From Chiloscyllium plagiosum (lineage: Eukaryota): 39,848 nucleotides of DNA. This document shows positions 34,118 to 39,848 of the stretch, in pieces; position 1 is the stretch's first letter; every line of letters begins with the position of its first letter. The position numbers were made by a program, and so were the translations under genes. The notes beneath the pieces are model-generated. The model ran no database searches. It was not told the DNA's origin and was given only the letters and a program-made list of their open reading frames with translations. The stretch lies in contig NC_057720.1 of NCBI RefSeq assembly GCF_004010195.1, positions 11,425,370 to 11,465,217 of the forward strand, read 5' to 3'.

Positions 34118-34445
34118 AGTGTCATGGTGGTAATATTGCTGGACTCGCAATCCAGAGGCTTGGGTTAATGCTTTAGGGATGCCAGTGCAATTAAATTCAA
34201 TTCATAAAAACAAAATGGAAATCAAAATTACTTTCAGTAATGCTGTGAGGAGGCTATCATTAATTATCATAAAATCCCATCTGGTTCACTAATCCCTTTG
34301 CCTGGTCTGGCCTATAAGTGACTCCAGACCCACTGCAATGTAGTTGACTCTTAACTGCCCTCTGAGGCATCTCTATCAAGTCTTTCGAATCAAAGGATAC
34401 ATAACAAATGCTAAGCTTGCTGGATATGCCCAGAACCTAGGAAAC
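34118..34445 (+). mobile_element. tRNA-derived SINE family B
   Basis: CCCATCTGGTTCACTAAT..CCTGGTCTGGCCTA..GTGACTCCAGACCCAC..GTTGACTCTTAACTGCCCTCTGA. Confidence 0.7.
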
Positions 34446-35499
34446 AATTTTTAAAAGTCTACCTGAAAAGGCATATCATTGAAAGGGCAGCAGCTTTGAC
34501 AGCATAGTATTCCCTCATTATAGCACTGGAGCGAAAACATGTTTTGAGGCATGAACAGAGCATCATCTGACTCAGAGGCAAAAGAGCAACCCACTGAGCA
34601 GAGTGACTTCTAACAATCTATTTGAAGCGAGGCTCAGAAATGCAGAACCGCAGTGAAACCCATGCACTAAATTGAAGGCAATTTGAAAAAAAAAACTGAT
34701 TGAAGTCTCGCTGATGAGAATCTCCCTTCAGACCCCTTGTGCTTCACCGGGCACTACACTGGCTTCCTGGAGGAAAAATAATGGCTTGCTTTCTCTGAAT
34801 TGATCCTGACAAAGCAGTCATGGAAGGAATGAGCGAAACACAAGCCAAATTGCTTCTGTCGTAGGCATGTAACTGCATCCGAACAAAATAAAATACAAAA
34901 CTGAAAGGAAAGATGAAAAAGCTTTAAACATTGAATTTAAACATATTAGACACTTTACAACCTGCTAGCTTTAACAATGAGTTCAACTGCATCAGAACTT
35001 AACTACCACTTCTATTTTCTCTTGGACATTCTGTAGCCATCTATACCGGCTCTTTTGTTCTTTCCCTCGCTCCCTTAGCTATATCTCCATGTTTTCTTCA
35101 AAGCTGTCCATCCCTTCATATCTTGCAGTTCAGATGAAAGGAAACATTTCTCCTGTTCTCTCCACGGACCTGCTGAGTGTTCCCAGCTTTTGTGCTTTTA
35201 TTCAAGAATTACAGTCGTGTTTTGCTTTTCTTTTTGTTGCTTTGAGAAAAGGTGGATTTGCCTTCTTAAGCAAACAGAATGCAGTTTCAGGAGGTGAGCA
35301 GATCAACTTCTCATCTGTCGGTGGGTAGCTAAGTAGCTACCATATAAGTAGCTATCTGTTCTGTGGGAAAAGCTGGTGGAAGTTGTTACGTTAATGAATA
35401 TTTGTTCTTGAAAACAGGTTTATTCACAAAATGCAGCAATGTCTGCTTCCCAGTAGTGTCTCTGTAATTGAAAGTAACTCAAACCAAATTAAAATATGA

Positions 35500-35670
35500 G
35501 GAGCAGGAAAATCGGTGTTTCGGGCTAAAGCCCCGTCTCTTTCTAGTGAGAGGGCTTTTCCCCAAAACATCGATTTTCCTTCTCCTCGGATGCTGCCCGA
35601 CCTGCTGTGCTTTTCCAGCACCACTCTAATCTTGACTCCAATCTCCAACATCTGCAGTGCCCACCTCCGT
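35500..35670. mobile_element. Penelope-type fold-back mini-element (family A, asymmetric)
   Basis: CAAATTAAAATATGA at 35485-35499 and 35671-35685; short left arm, full right arm. Confidence 0.85.
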
Positions 35671-35921
35671 CAAATTAAAATATGACAGTCCCTTAAAAGG
35701 GTATTATAGCAAAAATCAAATCACAAACTACACTTACAAGCGTTAAAGCAAATTTTGTCCTGGATAATTGGTTACGGAATCCAGCTCCCGTGGTACCCAC
35801 CAGTCAGAGCAGGTCAGTGTCCCAACATTGTGTTCCTTGTCCAAGAACTCACACACAGGGGGATAACCAGAGAAGAGGGGCAGGCAGTCAGGTACAAGTC
35901 TCCTTTAAATAGCCTGAATGT

Positions 35922-36642
35922 GTAGAATCCCTACAGTGTGGTAGCAGGCCATTCAGCCCATTATGTCCATACTGTTGCCAGGGTTGGAGGATTTGAGCTA
36001 GAGGGAGAGGTTGAATAGGCTGGGGCCGTTTTCCATGGAGCATCGGAGGCTGAGGTGTGACCTTATAGAGGTTTATAAAATCATGAGGGGCATGGGTAGC
36101 GTAAATAGACAAAGTTTTTTCCCTGGGGTGGGGGAGTCCAGAACCAGAGGGCATAGGTTTAGTGTGAAGGGGAAAGATTTAAAAGAGACCTAAGGGGCAA
36201 TTTTTTCACACAGAGGGTGGTGCGTGCATGGAATGAGCTGCCAGAGGAAGTGGTGGAGGCTGGTACAATTGCAACATTTAAGAGGCATTTGGATGGGTAT
36301 ATGAACAGGAAGGGTTTGGAGGGATATGGGCTGGGTGCTAGCAAGTGGGACTAGATTAGGTTGGGATTACTGGTCGGCATGGAGAGTTGGACTGAAGGCT
36401 CTGTTTCCGTGCTGTACATCTCTATGACTCTGAGACCCTCTGAAGAGCATCCAACCCAGACCCAGCCCCTGTAAACATTTTCCATGGCTAATCTACCTAG
36501 CCTGCACATCTTTGGACTGTGGGAGGAAACTCATGCAGACACTGTGATAGTGTGTAAACTCCACACAGATAGTCACTCGAGGCTGGAATCAAACCCAGCT
36601 CCCTGGTGCTGTGAGGCAGCAGCGCTAACCTCTGAGCTACTG
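35922..36642 (-). mobile_element. HE1-type SINE split by a HER1 insertion
   Basis: Tail 35922-35972; remainder 36433-36642. Confidence 0.8.
35973..36432 (+). mobile_element. HER1/CR1 3' fragment
   Basis: LPGLEDLS..RRLRCDLIEVYKIMRG; TACATCTCTATGACTCT tail. Confidence 0.92.
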
Positions 36643-36984
36643 AGGTCCTCTAAGTGTTTAATTAAATAATCATCTTTACTTCTGTACCATTAACAGGAGA
36701 TACAATAGTGCCTTCCATAGAGAAATGAGACATTTACTTGAAAATAAAACTCTGCAGGAAAACGAAGGCCAGTGATATCCCATATCTCTGAATATGTTTT
36801 AAGGCTGAGCGAGAAAGATCCTTGATTACCAAGAGGATGAAAGTTTATGAGCATATGCAGGAACAGAGAGTTGAAGTTAAAACCAGATCAACCATGATCT
36901 TATTGAATAGTGAAGCAGGCTTGAAGGCCTGAGTGAGACCTGTTCTTGTTCCTTGGTCATATGTTTGTATACCTGAGAAAAAAA

Positions 36985-37372
36985 AGCAATAAAGTTTTGA
37001 AATGGCAAGATTTTTGAGGTATAATCGCTGTTGTAATGTTGGAAATGCAACACACTATATGCTGCTATGAACAATGATGCAATACATGAGCAGCCACTCC
37101 TTGATGTAGATGTTGATTGAGGTGTACATATTGGCCCGTAGGTCAGGGGTGACTCCAGTGATCTTCAAAATAGTGCCGCGGGATCTTTTCCATCCAACTG
37201 AGTAGGCATAGGAGGCCTTGGTACAACATCTCACCTGAATCACTGCTCTCTAATAGTATTCCCTCAGCACTGGACTGGAGTAGCAACCTTGATTTATGTG
37301 CCTGGGACCCCTGGATGAGACTTAAACCAGGATCTTGCGACTTCAACCTTGAGGTGAGAACTCTACCAAGAA
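36985..37372 (-). mobile_element. Deu-domain SINE
   Basis: AAATAGTGCCGCGGGATCTTTT..AGTATTCCCTCAGCACTGGACTGGAGT, reverse of the Deu domain. Confidence 0.65.
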
Positions 37373-37669
37373 AGCTGACATTAAATGGCAGCAACCTACA
37401 TTTATGTGGAAACTTCAGTGAAAAAAAACCTCCTGAGGCAATTCACAGGAGCATCATAAAACCCTGAGCCACACAAGGAAACTTTAGTTCAAATGACCCA
37501 GCTTGGTATATGAGGTGAGGGAGGGTGTCGAAGGAGGGAAGTGAGATACAGAGACGTTTAGAAGGAATTTCAGAGTTCAGGGCCTAGTCAGCTGAAGGCA
37601 GGTTCCTCTGAAATGGTGAAGGGATAGCAGAGATGAGGGCCCAAACAACTGAAAGCCACCGTCACCAAA

Positions 37670-38208
37670 GAATATTGCGTGCAATTCTGGTCTCCCTCCT
37701 ATCGGAAGGATGTTGTGAAACTTCAAGAGGTTATGAAAAGATTTACAAGGATGTTGCCAGGGTTGGAGGATTTGAGCTCTAGGGAGAGGCTGAATAGGCT
37801 GGGGCTGTTTTCCCTGGAGCGTCAGAGGCTGAGGGGTGACTTTATAGAGGTCTATAAAATCATGAGGGGCATGGATAGGACAAGTAGACAAGGCTTATTT
37901 TTCCCGCTGGGTTGGGGGAGTCCAGAACTAGAGGGCATAGGTTTAGGGTGAGTGGGGAAAACTATGATAGGGACCTAAGAGACAACATTTTCATGCAGAG
38001 GATGGTGTTTGTATGGAATGAGTTATCTGGGGAATTGGTAGATTCTGGTACAATTACAACCTTTCAAAGGCATCTGAATAGGAAAGGTTTAGAGGGATAT
38101 GGGCCAAATGCTAGCAAATGGGACTAGATTAGAATACCTGGTCAGCATGGACGAGTTGGACCTACGGGTCTGTTTCCGTGCTGTACATCTCTGTGAATCA
38201 TGACTCTA
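37670..38208 (+). mobile_element. HER1/CR1 3' fragment
   Basis: VQFWSPSYRKDVVKL..FTRMLPGLEDLSSRERLNRLGLFSLE. Confidence 0.92.
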
Positions 38209-38447
38209 AGTCAGGGATAAATAAGAGGCCCGAGTTCCAGGAATGCAGAGACCATGGAGATGTTCAGGTCTCCAGGAGCTCACAGAGATTGGGGCAAGCA
38301 AGGCTGGGCTGTCAGAGGCGTGAGAAGTGCCATTTCACATCTCTCTCCTTCCACAATTATGTCGGTTACACAGGAACGAGGAGTGGGGGGAAGATCTATC
38401 ACGCCCCTGCTTCACCACTCAGCATGATCTTGGCTAATCCACTACGT

Positions 38448-38541
38448 CAATCAAAAGTGGAGCTGGAAAAAGCACAGCAGGTCAAGCAGCATCAGAAGAG
38501 CAGGAGAGTTAACATCTCAGGCAGGTCCCTTAATCAGGACT
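38448..38541. mobile_element. Penelope-type family A single arm
   Basis: GTGGAGCTGGAAAAAGCACAGCAGGTCAAGCAGCATC..CCCTTAATCAGGA. Confidence 0.65.
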
Positions 38542-38729
38542 CATCTCAATGCCAAATTCCTACTTTCTCTCCTGACCCCTACATTCCTTTAATATCTAAA
38601 AATTTATCAAACTCATTTTTAAATAAAATCACACCAGATCTCCCCAAAACCTATCAAACATAATAACTTATCTTATCCTTTCATTACTTTTAAAACCTTA
38701 GTTGAATCTCCTCAAAACTCCTCAAGGTG

Positions 38730-39081
38730 ACACCAGCAAGCAAGAAGTTGGTTTGAAGTGTGTCTACTTCAACGCCAGGAGCATCCGGAATAAGGTGGGT
38801 GAACTTGCAGCATGGGTTGGTACCTGGGACTTCGATGTTGTGGCCATTTCAGTGACATGGATAGAGCAGGGACAGGAATGGTTATTGCAGGTTCCAGGAT
38901 TTAGATGTTTCAGTAAGAACAGAGGAGATGGTAAAAGAGGGGAAGGTGTGGCATTGTTGGTCAAGGACAGTATTACAGTTGCATAAAGGATGCTTAGGGA
39001 TTCGTCAACTGAGGTAGTATGGGCTGAAGTTAGAAACAGGAAAGGAGAGGTCACCCTATTGGGAGTCTTCTAGTGGCCTCC
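38730..39081 (+). pseudogene. CR1 ORF2 N-terminal AP-endonuclease fragment
   Basis: LKCVYFNARSIRNKVGEL..DVVAISVTW..GVALLVKD..EVVWAEV..LLGVF; stops at ~38984 and ~39071; ends abruptly. Confidence 0.9.
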
Positions 39082-39440
39082 GATTTTGAGTGCGAGCAGC
39101 AGCAGAGTGTAAAGGAACCCGGAAGGCTACAGCTAAGGTGAGACAGTTTGTTTTAAAATTACTTACCGGTAGCGGGCAGCGATGGGTTTTTTTCTCTTCA
39201 CAGAAAGAGCGGGAGCAGCAGGGGGAAGTGACGAAGACCAGAGGGGCAGCCGGGTAGGATTTTTCCCTATAAAAGCGCGCAGGAGAAGAACCCGAGGCAC
39301 TACAGAGGTAGTGCCTCCCACCCGCCCTCCTCCTCTAACCTAATAATAATTCCCGTTGTGGTAAGTAGGTAAGTGCTGCATTTTGCTTGTTCTATTCTTT
39401 AGACCCAGTTTTATTTTAAAAAAAGGTTACTTTTAGAGGG
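39082..39440 (+). promoter_or_regulatory. CR1 5' UTR with putative internal promoter
   Basis: CpG-retaining; TATAAAA 39268-39274, CCGGAAG, GGAAGTGACG, hairpin 39294-39317; directly upstream of ORF1. Confidence 0.55.
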
Positions 39441-39848
39441 ATGGCAGTGAAGGCTGTGCAATGTTCCTCTTGCAACATGTTTGAGGTGAGGGATGCCATG
39501 GCCGTCCCTGCTGATTACACTTGCAGAAAGTGCACCCATCTCCAGCTCCTCCAAGACCGTGTTAGGGAACTGGAGCTGGAGTTGGATGAACTTAGGATCA
39601 TTCGGGAGGCAGAGGGGGTCATAGATCGGAGCTTTAGGGAAGTAGTAACTCCAAAGATGGCAGATAGATGGGTGACAGTGAGGGGGACTGGGAGGAAGCA
39701 ACCAGTGCAGGGACCCCCTGCAGCCGTTCCCCTCAAGAACAAGTATACCATTTTGGATACTTGGGGGGGGTACGACTTACCAGGGGTAAGTAACGGGGCC
39801 CAGGCCTCTGGCACGGAGCCTGTCCCCATTACTCAGAAGGGAAGGGTG
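39441..39848 (+). CDS. CR1-type LINE ORF1 protein (zinc finger plus leucine zipper), open to window end
   Basis: Hand translation: MAVKAVQCSSCNMFEVRDAMAVPADYTCRKCTHLQLLQDRVRELELELDELRIIRE.. 136 codons with no stop; CxxC..CxxC followed by heptad leucines. Confidence 0.88.
   Translation, partial: MAVKAVQCSSCNMFEVRDAMAVPADYTCRKCTHLQLLQDRVRELELELDELRIIREAEGVIDRSFREVVTPKMADRWVTVRGTGRKQPVQGPPAAVPLKNKYTILDTWGGYDLPGVSNGAQASGTEPVPITQKGRV

Noticed and set aside
34705..34740. CTGATGA as another hammerhead or C/D box RNA
   Set aside because: No stem II followed by GAAA, and no convincing terminal stem
38178..38663. 161-aa ORF
   Set aside because: Runs across a CR1 tail, a PLE arm and other repeat pieces; a chance open frame

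Overview
Eukaryotic, repeat-dominated non-coding DNA. The repeat families (HE1-type V-SINEs, HER1/CR1 LINEs, Deu-domain SINEs, Rex1-type LINE) point to a cartilaginous fish, probably a shark; this is inference from recalled families, not a search. I found no supportable host protein-coding gene. Most ORF-track entries are transposon remnants or chance frames. The one intact reading frame is a CR1 ORF1 (39441 to window end), which the track misses. The most striking signal is a set of Penelope-type fold-back mini-elements with hammerhead ribozyme cores, covarying stem II and 10-15 bp target-site duplications. Also notable: an 18-copy 46-bp minisatellite born inside LINE coding sequence, an exact 114-bp local templated insertion, a triple-target composite insertion, and a SINE whose body appears to be the 5' end of a LINE.
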